Assembly: GCA_934148535.1 (NCBI GenBank)
Contig: CAKPDF010000001.1
Location: 127,361-191,360, forward strand
Source: an uncultured Bacilli bacterium
Lineage (GTDB): Bacteria > Bacillota_I > Bacilli_A > RF39 > UBA660
Length of the DNA stretch: 64,000 nt
Direction of reading: 5' to 3'
Every line of letters starts with the position of its first letter. The stretch's first letter is position 1. The notes beneath the pieces were generated by a model that searched no databases, was not told the DNA's origin, and saw only the letters and a program-made list of their open reading frames with translations. Below, one piece after another: positions 1-11,394 of this stretch. The translations under genes were made by a program, and so were the position numbers.

Positions 1-652
1 TTGATATTCCTTCATTATATGGCATCGTTTCATAATAATTACCATTTTCTAGATATTCAATATCAGAAATTTTTTGCCATGAACTATTATATTTCATAGC
101 ACTAACCGGAACACTGCTGCCTACTTTATCATAAACATTAATCATATTGTACTCACCGTCAGTAGAGTATTTGTATAATTTTTCAAATTTGCCGTTTGCA
201 TCTGAAAATACTTTTCTACTCCAAAGTCCACTATCATTGTCGTCAAAATATTCTATACTATAAGAACCATCTTCATTAACATATTTAATTGATCGAACAT
301 TTCCAGATTCATAGTAACTAGTTATATTATCATTTTGGTAGCTAGTATTTTCTTCTGTGGTCTCAGTATTTTCAACTTCTTCTATAGGTGCAACATCTTG
401 GCTTTCCTCCGATACATCATTATTTATGTTATCTCCCGTTGTAAAACCTAATGGTACTCCATTTTCTGTAACCAAATAAACGTCATCATATCCGGCTACT
501 TCTTCAATGTCAACACTATTATTTTCGTCTCCCCAATAATCTGTATTTATTGAATCAATAGATAAAAATGAACCATTACTAGCATTAGATGCTGTTGTGG
601 CTATTTTACTGAAATCTAAACTTGGCACGCTTACTTTTTTTATTATTCCCAT
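1..652 (-). CDS. hypothetical protein, partial. Starts at 652 and its 3' end runs off the window; Asn/Asp/Ser-rich with no clear domain
   Basis: Open frame on the minus strand from ATG at 650-652, preceded by AGGTGA SD (revcomp of 659-664). No stop before the window edge. Confidence 0.4.
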   Translation of the reverse strand, partial: MGIIKKVSVPSLDFSKIATTASNASNGSFLSIDSINTDYWGDENNSVDIEEVAGYDDVYLVTENGVPLGFTTGDNINNDVSEESQDVAPIEEVENTETTEENTSYQNDNITSYYESGNVRSIKYVNEDGSYSIEYFDDNDSGLWSRKVFSDANGKFEKLYKYSTDGEYNMINVYDKVGSSVPVSAMKYNSSWQKISDIEYLENGNYYETMPYNEGIS

Positions 653-732
653 ATATTATCACCTAATAAAATATTAACAAAATTTATTATAAAAGTAAAG
701 GTATAATTTTAAATTTTCTCTTATAAAAAGAG

Positions 733-1482
733 TTATTTTGAAACTCTTTGTTGAACTTTTGATTCTACTAATAGTGTCAATTTTATTGGAGATATTTTTG
801 TTAATACTCTATTTAGTTTCATATTTGGTGGGACTATTACTAGTTTATTTGCAAACATATTATTTATTGCATATCTAGCAGCGTAAGTAGCACTTATAGG
901 TTTTATGTTAAATTTTACATTTGCTACATTATTAAAATTAGTCGTTACTGGTCCAGGGCAGAATACAGATATTTTTACATTACTATTTTCTTGTTTTAAT
1001 TCTTCGCTAATTGCTAGTGATAAATTTAAAACATATGATTTAGTAGCGTAATACGTAGCCATATATGGACCAGGCATAAATCCTGCCATTGAGGCTACAT
1101 TTAATATTCTACCATAATTTCTTTTAGTAAAATCTTTTAGGAATAATTTTGTTAATATGTGATATGCTTTTATATTTAAATCAATCATATTTAATTCTTT
1201 GGATAGTGATGTTTCTGTAAAATTACCTGCATCTCCAAATCCAGCATTATTTATTAGTATATCAATATTTTCTTTTTCTAATTGTTTATGTAGTTTTATA
1301 CAATTTTCTGGAACACTTAAATCTGTTTCTATTTTTTTTACTTTATTTTTATAATATTCATAGATGTTATCTAGTTTTTTTCTATCTGTTGATACTACGT
1401 ATAGTTCATATCCTAAACTTAATAGATATTCTGCGATTGACTTTCCAATTCCTGAACTTGCTCCTGTTACTAATGCTTTCAT
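733..1482 (-). CDS. SDR-family short-chain dehydrogenase/reductase
   Basis: TGASSGIGK Rossmann motif, NNAG motif, catalytic YxxxK (YYATK); 249 aa. Confidence 0.85.
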   Translation of the reverse strand: MKALVTGASSGIGKSIAEYLLSLGYELYVVSTDRKKLDNIYEYYKNKVKKIETDLSVPENCIKLHKQLEKENIDILINNAGFGDAGNFTETSLSKELNMIDLNIKAYHILTKLFLKDFTKRNYGRILNVASMAGFMPGPYMATYYATKSYVLNLSLAISEELKQENSNVKISVFCPGPVTTNFNNVANVKFNIKPISATYAARYAINNMFANKLVIVPPNMKLNRVLTKISPIKLTLLVESKVQQRVSK

Positions 1483-1495
1483 ATTTCCTCCTATA

Positions 1496-1933
1496 TTATA
1501 AGTATGGTTTTAGTAATTCTATATTTTCTTTTCCAAAATCTAATAATTTCTTTGCTAGATTTAATATGTCTTTATCAGCATTTTTCTCATACATGTCTAT
1601 TTTTTTGGTTATATCAAGGTTTCCCATAGTAAAACCTTTTGTTAGCATATCTGCTACTCTAGCATCACTGTTATCTTTTAACATTTCCATTTTAATTCCC
1701 ATATATGATGAAATATCTGCTATAAATCCTTTTTCTTTCTTTTCTACTTTGTATTTTTTTAATAATTTTTCGCTATCTTTGACAAAGTTTTCATATCCTT
1801 TTAATTCACCTTCTAATATTTTCTTTATTTTGTTATCTTTGTTGTTTATTATTCTTATTAAAGTAGTTGTACTTTTTACTCCCATACTTGCATTTTCATA
1901 AATATATAATAGTAGTTCATTATTTTCATTCAT
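1496..1933 (-). CDS. hypothetical protein (145 aa)
   Basis: ORF with an SD-like GGAGG immediately downstream of the SDR gene's stop; no recognisable motif. Confidence 0.4.
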   Translation of the reverse strand: MNENNELLLYIYENASMGVKSTTTLIRIINNKDNKIKKILEGELKGYENFVKDSEKLLKKYKVEKKEKGFIADISSYMGIKMEMLKDNSDARVADMLTKGFTMGNLDITKKIDMYEKNADKDILNLAKKLLDFGKENIELLKPYL

Positions 1934-1977
1934 AATAAATCATCCTTTCATATTTATTATAAATAAAATAGTTTTTT

Positions 1978-2679
1978 TTATACTTCTTTTGTTTTACTAA
2001 TTTTTTTAGTTTTAGGTCTTTCGTTAATTATTTTATTATATATAGAATATATTTCTTCAGTGGTTAATTCATCTTTATTTTTATCAATTTTTAAAAGTAT
2101 TAAATCATTTAAAAAATAAAATATTTTTTCTGCTAATTCGGCATCAGATGAAAATGCTGAAGGGTTTAATTTTAAAGATTTTTTATCATTATAAAGTGAA
2201 ATATTTTTAGGCATACCTTTTTTCAAAACTATGTTACCTAATACAAATATACTGCCATTACTTACGTATTCCCAAAATTCTGGGCTTTCATACTTTGGTA
2301 ATTTGGCTATATTTGAATTTACTAATAGGTATACTTGTTTAGATTGATTTTTAAGATAGGTTGTAGTTGTTATAAGCTTATAATCTAAATTATAATGATT
2401 ACTTACTATTTCTTTAATTACTTCTAATAAAGATAGATCAAATGTTGCTTTACTTTTCATATTGTTTATTCTATCAATAATTGAAGTTTTCATTTCTCTT
2501 ACATCTTTTCTTACTAATGTTATTCTTTCATTTAATAAATCTAGGTATTCTTCTGCATTTTTTTCTTTCTTTTCTTTGTTATAGAGTATTTCTAATTCTT
2601 TTAACCAGGTAGCATTTGCTTCAATTGCTTCTTCTGTTAGAGATACACCTAATTTATCTTTTAAGTAGTTATTTATCAT
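1978..2679 (-). CDS. hypothetical protein (233 aa)
   Basis: Long ORF downstream of rplQ. No recognisable motif. Confidence 0.4.
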   Translation of the reverse strand: MINNYLKDKLGVSLTEEAIEANATWLKELEILYNKEKKEKNAEEYLDLLNERITLVRKDVREMKTSIIDRINNMKSKATFDLSLLEVIKEIVSNHYNLDYKLITTTTYLKNQSKQVYLLVNSNIAKLPKYESPEFWEYVSNGSIFVLGNIVLKKGMPKNISLYNDKKSLKLNPSAFSSDAELAEKIFYFLNDLILLKIDKNKDELTTEEIYSIYNKIINERPKTKKISKTKEV

Positions 2680-2761
2680 AATTCACCTCATTTTTTAATA
2701 ATTCTTTATTAAATTATATCATATTAAGAAAAAAAAAGAAACATACTTATGTATGCTTCAG

Positions 2762-3103
2762 TTATACTAATTCTAAGATAACCATTAAAGCGTTATCTCC
2801 TTTTCTTTCAGTTGTTTTAATAATTCTAGTATATCCACCCATTCTATCAGCATAACGAGGTGCTAATTCATTAAATACTTTATTAACACAAGTTTCGTCA
2901 TTGTGTAAGAATGCTAGGGCTAATCTTCTTGATACTAGAGTATTTTTCTTTCCATATGTTACCATTTTATCAAAACTTTTTCTAACTTCTTTAGCTCTTG
3001 TTTCAGTTGTAACAATACGCTCATTTTCAATTAGTTGCTTTGTTAAAGTTGCTAACATACTTCTTCTATGTTTGTTATCTCTTCCTAGTTTTCTATAAGC
3101 CAT
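2762..3103 (-). CDS. rplQ: 50S ribosomal protein L17
   Basis: Conserved L17 sequence; last gene of the alpha operon after rpoA. Confidence 0.95.
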   Translation of the reverse strand: MAYRKLGRDNKHRRSMLATLTKQLIENERIVTTETRAKEVRKSFDKMVTYGKKNTLVSRRLALAFLHNDETCVNKVFNELAPRYADRMGGYTRIIKTTERKGDNALMVILELV

Positions 3104-3116
3104 AATATCCTCCTAA

Positions 3117-4073
3117 CTAATCTTCATCTCTGAAATTTAGACCCATACCTTTAACTTTATCAATTACTTCTTTTAATGATTTTTTACCTAAATTTCTAAT
3201 TTTCATCATTTCATTTTCAGACTTGTCTGTTAAATCTCTTAAAGTTAAGATTCCTGCTCTTTTTAAGCAATTATATGCTCTTACAGATAGATCTAAGTCA
3301 TCAATTGAAGTTTCTAATGCTTTCATATTAGGGTCTTCTGCTTTGGAACTCATTAATCCAGTTTCATCTGCTATTTCATTTAAGTCTGCTAAAATTTCAA
3401 AATGTTCTATTAAAATTCTACTAGCTAATGCTACAGATTCTTCTGGAGTGATGCTTCCGTTTGTCCATACTTCTAATATTAATTTATCATAGTTATTATC
3501 TTGTCCTACACGTGCTGATTCTACTTCGTAATTTATTCTTTCTATTGGAGCATATAGACTATCAATAAATATTACATTTTGTTTTGATTTATCTCCATAT
3601 AATACTTTATTTTCTTCTGCTCTATTATATCCACGACCGTTTGATATAGTCATTTCCATATTTATGCTTCCGCCTTCTACTAAAGTACAAATTAATTGTT
3701 CTGGATTTAATATTTCGATATCAGCATCACATTCGATTTGAGCTGCTGTTACTTCTCCAGGTTTATCAGCGTGTATTCTTAACATTAAGCTATAATCATC
3801 AGAATGATTCTTTATAACAACACTTTTAAGGTTAAGAACGATTGCTGTAACATCTTCAATAACTCCATCTATTTTTTGAAATTCATGAGCTACACCATCA
3901 ATTTTAACACTTGTGATTGCATCTCCTGGTAATGATGATAGCATTACTCTTCTTAATGCATTTCCTAATGTTGTTCCAAATCCTCTTTCTAGAGGTTCTA
4001 TTTCAAATTTTCCATAATTATCGCTTTCAATATATTCTTTTACTTTATATTCAGGTTTTTCGAATTTTAACAT
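3117..4073 (-). CDS. rpoA: DNA-directed RNA polymerase subunit alpha
   Basis: N-terminal domain plus C-terminal alpha-CTD (SVRAYNCLKRAGI); 318 aa; operon position. Confidence 0.95.
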   Translation of the reverse strand: MLKFEKPEYKVKEYIESDNYGKFEIEPLERGFGTTLGNALRRVMLSSLPGDAITSVKIDGVAHEFQKIDGVIEDVTAIVLNLKSVVIKNHSDDYSLMLRIHADKPGEVTAAQIECDADIEILNPEQLICTLVEGGSINMEMTISNGRGYNRAEENKVLYGDKSKQNVIFIDSLYAPIERINYEVESARVGQDNNYDKLILEVWTNGSITPEESVALASRILIEHFEILADLNEIADETGLMSSKAEDPNMKALETSIDDLDLSVRAYNCLKRAGILTLRDLTDKSENEMMKIRNLGKKSLKEVIDKVKGMGLNFRDED

Positions 4074-4094
4074 TTTAACACACTCCCTTTCTAA

Positions 4095-4490
4095 TTATCC
4101 ACGACGTTTTTTTGGTGGACGACAACCATTATGTGGAATTGGTGTTACGTCTGTTATCTTTGTTACTTCTAGACCTGCTGTTTGCAATGAACGAATTGCT
4201 GCTTCACGACCAGCACCTAATCCTTTTACAAATACTTCTACTTTTTTCATTCCGAACATTTCTGCAGCTTTTTGTCCTGCTAATTCAGCACTCTTTCCAG
4301 CTGCATATGGAGTAGATTTCTTACTTCCTTTAACTCCTTGAGTTCCAGAAGAAGCCCAGCATAAAGCGTTTCCTTCTTGGTCAGTTATTGTTACAACTGT
4401 ATTATTAAATGTTGAACGAATATGTACTACACCATTTACTACTGTCTTCTTTACTTTACGTTTTCTTGCATTATATTTTCCTTTTGCCAT
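4095..4490 (-). CDS. rpsK: 30S ribosomal protein S11
   Basis: Conserved S11 sequence and operon position. Confidence 0.95.
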   Translation of the reverse strand: MAKGKYNARKRKVKKTVVNGVVHIRSTFNNTVVTITDQEGNALCWASSGTQGVKGSKKSTPYAAGKSAELAGQKAAEMFGMKKVEVFVKGLGAGREAAIRSLQTAGLEVTKITDVTPIPHNGCRPPKKRRG

Positions 4491-4514
4491 ACAAGTTAAC
4501 CTCCTTATTACCTA

Positions 4515-4880
4515 TTATTTCTTCTTATTAGCTACAACTTTTCCTTTTCCTTTACGAGTTCTAGCATTTCTATTTGTTCTTTGACCTCTTACAGGTAATC
4601 CTTTAATGTGTCTTTTTCCTCTGTAACAACCAATTTCTTTTAGATTTTTGATATTAGTTGCTATTTCTCTTCTTAAGTCACCTTCAACAATATATTTGTC
4701 AATTTCTTTTCTGATGCTTGCTAAATCTTCTTCTGTTAAATCTTTAGCTTTTTTGTTAATATCAACGTTAGCATCATTAAGAATTTTTTTAGATAACTTT
4801 CTTCCAATACCATAGATATATGTTAAAGATATTTCAATTCTTTTATTATCTGGTATATCTACACCTTTTATACGTGCCAT
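4515..4880 (-). CDS. rpsM: 30S ribosomal protein S13
   Basis: [11 protein letters not shown]-terminus, operon position. Confidence 0.95.
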   Translation of the reverse strand: MARIKGVDIPDNKRIEISLTYIYGIGRKLSKKILNDANVDINKKAKDLTEEDLASIRKEIDKYIVEGDLRREIATNIKNLKEIGCYRGKRHIKGLPVRGQRTNRNARTRKGKGKVVANKKK

Positions 4881-4895
4881 TATTATTCCTCCCTA

Positions 4896-5009
4896 TTAAC
4901 CTTGTTTTTGCTTATGTTTTGGATTTTTACAAATAACCATAAGCCTACCATTTCTTTTAATAACTTTGCATTTCTCACAAATAGGTTTAACTGACGCTCT
5001 AACTTTCAT
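4896..5009 (-). CDS. rpmJ: 50S ribosomal protein L36 (zinc-binding type)
   Basis: Manually translated 37 aa [37 protein letters not shown] with C-x2-C-x12-C-x4-H. GGAGGA SD; lies between infA and rpsM. Absent from the ORF track because it is under 60 aa. Confidence 0.85.
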   Translation of the reverse strand: MKVRASVKPICEKCKVIKRNGRLMVICKNPKHKQKQG

Positions 5010-5020
5010 TTTCATTCCTC

Positions 5021-5239
5021 CTATTTTTTATTATACACTATACGCCCATGTGTTAAATCATAAGGTGACAATTCTATAACTACTTTATCACCTGGTAAGA
5101 TACGTATATTGTTTACGCGCATTTTACCAGAAACATGGGCTTCTACTATGTGACCGCCTTCGATTTCAACTTTAAATTTTCCTCCAGGTAAAATGTCTAT
5201 TACTTTACCTTCTGTTTCAATACATTCGCTTTTACTCAC
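5021..5239 (-). CDS. infA: translation initiation factor IF-1
   Basis: 72 aa S1-like fold, conserved IF-1 sequence. Confidence 0.95.
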   Translation of the reverse strand: MSKSECIETEGKVIDILPGGKFKVEIEGGHIVEAHVSGKMRVNNIRILPGDKVVIELSPYDLTHGRIVYNKK

Positions 5240-5326
5240 ATTATCATCTCCTAACTCTCATTTTAGAGATTTTTATCACCTATATACTTCAGCACCTTAT
5301 ATGTGCATACTCAATATAAGTAATAT

Positions 5327-5983
5327 TTAAATAATTATTTTTTTAATTTCATTAAATATATCTTGTGCTGAATCTTCTTTATTTATTTTTATTCTACTTA
5401 AAACACCTAACTTATCATAGTAATCTATTAATTCTTTAGTATTATTAATATATGTATCAAATCTATTTAAGAAAGTTTCTTTGTTATCATCGCTTCTAAT
5501 TTTAAGGGTATTATTGCATTTATCACAAATTCCTTCTTTGATAGGCTTTAATGATTCTATATTTAAGTTATATGATGCTCCACAATTCGGACATACTATC
5601 CTACTTAGTGTTCTTTCAAGTGCTAAAGATTTATCAATATCTAAAAATATTACACTACCTAAATCTTTATTTAATTCTTTTAATAGATTTTCATAAATTT
5701 TTGCTTGAGTAACATTTCTAGGGTAACCATCTAAGATATAACCATTTGCGCAATCACTTTTTGATAATCTATTTTTTAGTAATGTTGTTATTGTTTCATC
5801 ACTAATTAGATTACCTTTATCCATTTCTTGCTTTAAGTAAACTCCTAAATCCGAACCAGAATTTACTTCTTCTCTTAAAAGATCACCAGTTGATATATGA
5901 GGAATATTATATTCAGCACTTACCAATTTTGATTGAGTTCCCTTACCTGCAGCAGGTGGGGCAATAAATATAATATTCTTCAT
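5327..5983 (-). CDS. adk: adenylate kinase (zinc-lid type)
   Basis: P-loop GKGTQ, LID domain with CPNCG...CDKC zinc knuckle; follows secY. Confidence 0.95.
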   Translation of the reverse strand: MKNIIFIAPPAAGKGTQSKLVSAEYNIPHISTGDLLREEVNSGSDLGVYLKQEMDKGNLISDETITTLLKNRLSKSDCANGYILDGYPRNVTQAKIYENLLKELNKDLGSVIFLDIDKSLALERTLSRIVCPNCGASYNLNIESLKPIKEGICDKCNNTLKIRSDDNKETFLNRFDTYINNTKELIDYYDKLGVLSRIKINKEDSAQDIFNEIKKIII

Positions 5984-7239
5984 TATCTAACACCTCTATA
6001 ATTTCTATTTACTAAACTGCTTTCTAATTGTTTACAAGTTTCTATTGCTACTCCTACAACTATTAAGATACTAGTTCCTCCAACGCTTACGCTTGTTGGT
6101 AAGTTAGTAGATATAAAACTTGAGAATACAATTGGAAGTCCTGCTATTGCAGCAATGAATATTGCTCCTATTAGAGTTATTCTTCCTAATACAGTTTTAA
6201 TATAATTGATAGTTTCTTTTCCTGGTCTTACTCCTGGAATATAACCACCTTGTCTTGATAAATTCTTTGATAGTTCACTTGGATTTACTTGGATAAAAGT
6301 ATATAAGAAACTAAAAGCAAATATCAAGATTATGTAAGCTGCAAATCCTGTTGGAGTTGTGTAGTTTACATATTTTGTTACGAATGTTACAAAGCTATTT
6401 TCACTTTTCATAATTCCCGCTATAAATGTTGGTACAGTAAAGATTACTGATGCAAAGATTACTGGCATAACATTAGCAGAATTTAATTTGAAAGGTATAT
6501 AGTTTTGTTTTGCTCCGTAAGCTGAATTTGTTTGATTAGAATATTGGATAGGAATTCTTCTTTCAGATTCTTGAACAAATACTACTAATACAATTATTGC
6601 AATATATGCTAGTATAAATATAATGAATTCAATTATTCCTAAGAATAGTGAAGCATTATCTAATACAAGTGCTTTAAATGTATCAATAAATGTTTGAGGA
6701 ACTGTAGCTAGAATACCAGCCATTATTATTAAGGATGTTCCATTTCCAATTCCTTTTTGTGTTATTTGGTCTCCTAACCATAATAGGAAAGAAGTACCTG
6801 CTGTTAAGATTAAAGATACTCTTAAATATTCTATAGCAGTTCCATTATTAATCATTGCAAATGACATTGCAAATCCTTGAATGAATGCTATTATTATTCC
6901 TAGATATCTTGTAATCTGATTTATTTTTTGTCTTCCTGTTGGACCACTTTCTTTTAATTCTGTAAAATATGGAAAGATATCCATTTGAAGTAAACTTGTT
7001 ATAATTGATGCTGATATATATGGCATAACTCCTAATGCAAATATTGAGAAATTCTTAAGTGAACCTCCAGTAATTGCATTATATAAGTCACCAAAATCAA
7101 CATTTTTTAATGAAGTTACTCCAGGTACTGGAATAGTTGTACCTGCTATAAATATTAGTAAACAAATAAAAGTGAACCCTATTCTTTTTCTTATGTCTTT
7201 ATTCTTAGGACTTGCTAAGAGTTTAAGGTTTTTAAACAT
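5983..7239 (-). CDS. secY: preprotein translocase subunit SecY
   Basis: 10-TM SecY sequence. 1-nt overlap with adk. Confidence 0.95.
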   Translation of the reverse strand: MFKNLKLLASPKNKDIRKRIGFTFICLLIFIAGTTIPVPGVTSLKNVDFGDLYNAITGGSLKNFSIFALGVMPYISASIITSLLQMDIFPYFTELKESGPTGRQKINQITRYLGIIIAFIQGFAMSFAMINNGTAIEYLRVSLILTAGTSFLLWLGDQITQKGIGNGTSLIIMAGILATVPQTFIDTFKALVLDNASLFLGIIEFIIFILAYIAIIVLVVFVQESERRIPIQYSNQTNSAYGAKQNYIPFKLNSANVMPVIFASVIFTVPTFIAGIMKSENSFVTFVTKYVNYTTPTGFAAYIILIFAFSFLYTFIQVNPSELSKNLSRQGGYIPGVRPGKETINYIKTVLGRITLIGAIFIAAIAGLPIVFSSFISTNLPTSVSVGGTSILIVVGVAIETCKQLESSLVNRNYRGVR

Positions 7240-7240
7240 C

Positions 7241-7678
7241 TTAGATCACCTCTATTTTTCCACCAATTGCTTCAATCTTTGTTTTTGCACTAGCTGTAAA
7301 TTTATTAGCTTTTACAGTTAATTTTTTAGTTAATTCTCCATTTCCTAATACTTTAATTCCGTCTAATCTCTTTTTGATTAATCCAGTTTCTAGTAATAAT
7401 TCTGGAGTTACTATTGTTCCGTCTTCAAATCTATTTAAATCACTTACATTAATGCAAGCATAAAAAGTTTTGAAGTTGTAATTGTTGAATCCTCTTTTTG
7501 ATAATCTTCTGAATAGTGGTAATTGTCCACCTTCAAATCCTAATCTTACGCCGCCGCCACTTCTAGCGTTTTGTCCTTTTTCACCTTTTCCAGCTGTTTT
7601 TGAGTATTTTCCTCCACGTCCAACTCTTTTTTTCTTAGTAGTTGAACCGTAGGCAGGTTGTAATTCGTTTAATTTCAT
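7241..7678 (-). CDS. rplO: 50S ribosomal protein L15
   Basis: Conserved L15 sequence; directly abuts rpsE with no rpmD between. Confidence 0.95.
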   Translation of the reverse strand: MKLNELQPAYGSTTKKKRVGRGGKYSKTAGKGEKGQNARSGGGVRLGFEGGQLPLFRRLSKRGFNNYNFKTFYACINVSDLNRFEDGTIVTPELLLETGLIKKRLDGIKVLGNGELTKKLTVKANKFTASAKTKIEAIGGKIEVI

Positions 7679-8256
7679 TATCCTCTAATCTCCTCAATAG
7701 TTTTTCCTCTTAATTCAGCAACATGTGCTGGGCTCTTTTGACCTTTTAGGGCATTTAAAGTTGCTCTAGCCATATTGATTTTTGTGCTTGAACCAAGACT
7801 TTTTGAAAGGACATCTTTTACTCCGGCTAATTCTAGTACATCTCTAACTGGTCCTCCAGCTTTTACACCAGTACCTTCAGCAGCAGGTTTAAGCATTACT
7901 TTTACTGCTCCTTCTTTGGTAATTATTTCGTGTGAGATTGTACGATTATCAATTAATTCAACATTGATTAGGTTTTTGTTAGCAGCCTGTGTTGCTTTCT
8001 TTACTGCATCTGGCATTTCGTTTGCTTTTCCAGTTCCTAATCCTACTTTTCCTTTTCTGTTTCCTACTACTACTGTAGCTGAAAAACGAAATTTACGACC
8101 ACCTTTTACAACTTTTGTTACACGATTAATATCGATAACTTTTTCTTCTAAGTCACTTTTTGGCTTATTGAAATTGTTGCGGTTACGACGTTTACCATTG
8201 TTGTTTTTTCTTTGTTGTTCATTTTTTATTTCTTTCTTAACGTTTTCTTCGCTCAT
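7678..8256 (-). CDS. rpsE: 30S ribosomal protein S5 (with ~30-aa basic low-complexity N-terminal extension)
   Basis: Core [12 protein letters not shown]... S5 motif; N-terminal K/N/R-rich extension. Confidence 0.95.
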   Translation of the reverse strand: MSEENVKKEIKNEQQRKNNNGKRRNRNNFNKPKSDLEEKVIDINRVTKVVKGGRKFRFSATVVVGNRKGKVGLGTGKANEMPDAVKKATQAANKNLINVELIDNRTISHEIITKEGAVKVMLKPAAEGTGVKAGGPVRDVLELAGVKDVLSKSLGSSTKINMARATLNALKGQKSPAHVAELRGKTIEEIRG

Positions 8257-8271
8257 AGGTTTTCCTCCTTA

Positions 8272-8634
8272 TTAGAATTCTAAGCCGTTTTCACGTGCTG
8301 CTTCTGCTAAAGCTTTTACACGTCCATGATATAGGTATCCACCTCTATCAAAAACAACTTTTGTAATTTTTGCTTTTTTTGCTCTTTTAGCTATTTCTTC
8401 ACCGATTAATTTTGCAGCTTCTACGTTACCACCATTTTTAATTTTTAATTCTTTTTCTAGAGTTGAAGCACTAACTAAAGTTACACCTTTTTCATCATCG
8501 ATGATTTGAGCAGTGATATTTGCGTTTGAACGGAAGACATTCAATCTTGGTCTTTCACTTGTTCCTGATAAATCAGTACGTATTCTTGAGTGTCTTTCTT
8601 TACGCATATCATTTCTTGATACTTTATTTATCAT
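8272..8634 (-). CDS. rplR: 50S ribosomal protein L18
   Basis: Conserved L18 sequence. Confidence 0.95.
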   Translation of the reverse strand: MINKVSRNDMRKERHSRIRTDLSGTSERPRLNVFRSNANITAQIIDDEKGVTLVSASTLEKELKIKNGGNVEAAKLIGEEIAKRAKKAKITKVVFDRGGYLYHGRVKALAEAARENGLEF

Positions 8635-8654
8635 AAGTCCATCTCACTTTCTTA

Positions 8655-9194
8655 TTATTTAGATGCTTTCTTTCCTTCTTTACGACGGATAACTTCTCCA
8701 GCATACTTAATACCTTTACCTTTATATGGTTCAGGTGCTCTTAAGGATCTTATTTCTGCTGCAAATTGACCAACAGCACATTTGTCAATTCCACTTATTT
8801 CTATTTCAGTATTGCTTATAGCTTTTACTTCTAAGTTTGATGGAATATCAACGTTATCTAAGTGTGATTTACCATCTTGAACTGATAATACATTTCCTTT
8901 AACAGTGAAACGGTAACCAACACCGACGATTTCTAATCCTTTTTTGTAACCTTCACTTACACCAATCATCATATTTCTGATGTTTGCATTTGTAGTTCCT
9001 TGCATTTCATTTGTGTGTTTTAGGTTATTTAATTTTGTAATTGTAATTTTATTATCTTCAATTTCTACTTTTATATCTTTGTATATTTCTAAAGATAATT
9101 CACCTTTTGGTCCTTTTACTTTTAATTCTTGTCCATTTAATTCTACATTAACTTTTTCAGGTATTGTTAATACTCTGTTTCCAATACGACTCAT
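8655..9194 (-). CDS. rplF: 50S ribosomal protein L6
   Basis: Conserved L6 sequence. Confidence 0.95.
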   Translation of the reverse strand: MSRIGNRVLTIPEKVNVELNGQELKVKGPKGELSLEIYKDIKVEIEDNKITITKLNNLKHTNEMQGTTNANIRNMMIGVSEGYKKGLEIVGVGYRFTVKGNVLSVQDGKSHLDNVDIPSNLEVKAISNTEIEISGIDKCAVGQFAAEIRSLRAPEPYKGKGIKYAGEVIRRKEGKKASK

Positions 9195-9205
9195 TCGTAT
9201 CCTCC

Positions 9206-9598
9206 TTACCAGATATAAGCGATTACTTCTCCACCAACGTTGTTTTTACGAGCTAATTTATCAGTCATAACTCCTTTTGGTGTTGAAATAATAGCTATTC
9301 CTAAACCATTTAATACTCTTGGAATATCTTCTGCTTTTGCGTATACTCTAAGTCCTGGTTTAGAAATTCTTTTTAATCCAGTAATTACTCTTTCTTTCTT
9401 ATCGCTATATTTTAAAGTTAATGTTAGGATATTTTGAACGTCATTTTTATTTACTTTGAAATCTGTAATGAATCCTTCATCTTTTAAGATAGCAGCAATT
9501 TGCTCCTTCATTTTAGAAGATGGCATTGTAACGTTTGCAGCACGATTTTGGTTTGCATTACGGATTCTTGTAAGCATATCTGCGATTGGATCTGTCAT
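9206..9598 (-). CDS. rpsH: 30S ribosomal protein S8
   Basis: Conserved S8 sequence. Confidence 0.95.
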   Translation of the reverse strand: MTDPIADMLTRIRNANQNRAANVTMPSSKMKEQIAAILKDEGFITDFKVNKNDVQNILTLTLKYSDKKERVITGLKRISKPGLRVYAKAEDIPRVLNGLGIAIISTPKGVMTDKLARKNNVGGEVIAYIW

Positions 9599-9648
9599 TA
9601 AAATCCCTCCTTCTTTTATATACTAGTATTTCTAGTTTTTTGGTAATT

Positions 9649-9834
9649 CTACCAACTTGATTTTTTTACACCTGGTATTTGTCCTTTATATGCTAATTCT
9701 CTGAAACAAATACGGCATATACCAAACTTGCTCATTACTGCATGTGGTCTTCCACATCTTGAGCAACGACTATATTTTCTTGTACTAAATTTTGGTTCTT
9801 TTTGTGATTTAATAATCATTGACTTTCTTGCCAT
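9649..9834 (-). CDS. rpsZ: 30S ribosomal protein S14 type Z (zinc-binding, 61 aa)
   Basis: [10 protein letters not shown]...CRICFR with C-x2-C...C-x2-C; short Z-type S14. Confidence 0.93.
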   Translation of the reverse strand: MARKSMIIKSQKEPKFSTRKYSRCSRCGRPHAVMSKFGICRICFRELAYKGQIPGVKKSSW

Positions 9835-9845
9835 TGTTTTCCTCC

Positions 9846-10385
9846 TTATTTCCTAAAAGGAATTCCAAGTTCTTTTAGTAAATCATAAGCTTCTTCATTT
9901 GTTTTAGCAGTTGTAACGATAACGATGTCCATTCCTCTTACTTTTACAACTTCATCAAAATTAATTTCTGGGAATATTAATTGTTCTTTAATTCCAATTG
10001 TATAGTTTCCTCTTCCATCAAAGCTTTTTGGTGAAAGTCCTCTGAAATCTCTTACACGTGGTAATGAGATTGAAATTAACTTATCTAAGAAGGTATACAT
10101 TTTATCTCCTCTTAATGTTACTTTACATCCGATTTTATGTCCTTCTCTTAATTTAAATGAAGCTATAGATTTTTTAGCAGTTGTTTCTACTGGTTTTAAT
10201 CCAGTTATTTTTTCTAGGTCAGATACTGCTGCTTCTAGCATTTTTGAATTTGCTACAGCATCTCCAACACCCATATTAACAACGATTTTTTCTATTTTTG
10301 GTACTAACATAACAGTACTATATTTATGACTAGCCATTAGACTTGGAACAACTTCATTTTTATATTTTTCTTCTAGGCGGTTCAT
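9846..10385 (-). CDS. rplE: 50S ribosomal protein L5
   Basis: Conserved L5 sequence. Confidence 0.95.
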   Translation of the reverse strand: MNRLEEKYKNEVVPSLMASHKYSTVMLVPKIEKIVVNMGVGDAVANSKMLEAAVSDLEKITGLKPVETTAKKSIASFKLREGHKIGCKVTLRGDKMYTFLDKLISISLPRVRDFRGLSPKSFDGRGNYTIGIKEQLIFPEINFDEVVKVRGMDIVIVTTAKTNEEAYDLLKELGIPFRK

Positions 10386-10438
10386 TGAAAATCCACCCTC
10401 CTTCCAAACTAGTTTGCAAATAAATTTATATTAATAAT

Positions 10439-10702
10439 TTATTTTTCTTTGCTTTTTGTTTCTTTTTTTGCTACTTTCTTTGCAGCTTTTTCTTCAATTT
10501 TTTTAACATTAGATCTATGGATAGGTGCTTCTGTTTCAATTATTTCACCAGTACCACCATTGTTTCTAGGTTTTAAATGTTTCTTTACTAAATTAACACC
10601 TTCAACAATTACTTTTTCATCTAACACTTTGGTAATTTTTCCAGTTTTACCTTTATTAGCACCTGCTATAACGGTAACTTTATCACCAGTTTTTAGTTTC
10701 AT
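10439..10702 (-). CDS. rplX: 50S ribosomal protein L24
   Basis: KOW motif, lysine-rich tail. Confidence 0.93.
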   Translation of the reverse strand: MKLKTGDKVTVIAGANKGKTGKITKVLDEKVIVEGVNLVKKHLKPRNNGGTGEIIETEAPIHRSNVKKIEEKAAKKVAKKETKSKEK

Positions 10703-10725
10703 ACTATCCCTCCTTAAATATAGGT

Positions 10726-11112
10726 TTATAGCACGTCTTTAGCTAAACTTACGATTTTCATAAATCCTTCATCTCTAAGTTCGCGCGCTACTGGACCTAA
10801 AACACGAGTTCCGACTGGGCTCTTATCATCTTTGATAATTACGCAAGCGTTGTCATCAAATTTAATATAGCTTCCATCTTCTCTTCTAACTCCGAACTTA
10901 CTTCTAACGATAACAGCTTTCACAACTTTTCCTTTTTTCACATTACCATTAGGAGTAGCTTTTTTAACTGTACCAACAACGATATCGCCGATGTTTCCAG
11001 TTTTTACTTTACTTCCACCAAGAACTCTGATTACTAGTAATTCACGAGCTCCGCAGTTATCTGCTACTTTTAAACGACTCTCTTGTTGTATCATTTGTCT
11101 TTCCTCCTTCAA
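10726..11112 (-). CDS. rplN: 50S ribosomal protein L14
   Basis: [16 protein letters not shown]... conserved L14. Confidence 0.95.
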   Translation of the reverse strand: MKEERQMIQQESRLKVADNCGARELLVIRVLGGSKVKTGNIGDIVVGTVKKATPNGNVKKGKVVKAVIVRSKFGVRREDGSYIKFDDNACVIIKDDKSPVGTRVLGPVARELRDEGFMKIVSLAKDVL

Positions 11113-11121
11113 ATAGATATA

Positions 11122-11379
11122 TTATAGAATAACAGCTTTTTCAATAACTTCAACTAATTCATATCTTTTTGTTTTAGATAATGGTCTAGTTGCTACAAGA
11201 CGAACTTTATCTCCAACATGTGCTGTATTATTTTCGTCATGAGCTGCATATTTTTTTGAATATTTAACTCTCTTTCCATAAATTGGGTTCTTCTTATAAG
11301 TTTCTACTTTAACAGTTATTGTTTTGTCTGTAGCATCACTTACAACAACACCAATTAATTCACGCTTATTTTCATTCAT
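11122..11379 (-). CDS. rpsQ: 30S ribosomal protein S17
   Basis: Conserved S17. Confidence 0.95.
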   Translation of the reverse strand: MNENKRELIGVVVSDATDKTITVKVETYKKNPIYGKRVKYSKKYAAHDENNTAHVGDKVRLVATRPLSKTKRYELVEVIEKAVIL

Positions 11380-11394
11380 AAGGACTACCTCCTT

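Noticed and set aside
1389-1901. 170-aa plus-strand ORF antisense to the SDR and hypothetical genes. Similar low-complexity antisense ORFs occur at 2901-3098, 3223-3492, 4112-4315, 5481-5696, 7775-8275, 8980-9270, 9240-9437, 10449-10742, 12514-12702, 14976-15197, 15988-16173, 17202-17438, 18207-18401, 18796-18990, 20036-20260, 24047-24400, 24558-24764, 26478-26726, 29779-30063, 29786-30019, 30764-30958, 30981-31172, 35901-36110, 37350-37550, 37844-38056, 39949-40143, 40711-41130, 41650-41844, 42300-42485, 44570-44926, 46178-46363, 46967-47248, 50980-51162, 53353-53577, 56719-56910, 58262-58468, 58425-58730, 59747-60004, 60044-60226, 60365-60607, 61370-61633 and 62556-63008
   Set aside because: All lie antisense to or inside well-supported conserved genes. 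They have Leu/Phe/Ile/Ser-rich low-complexity composition typical of the reverse strand of AT-rich coding DNA, and they lack RBS or motif support. Treated as spurious.
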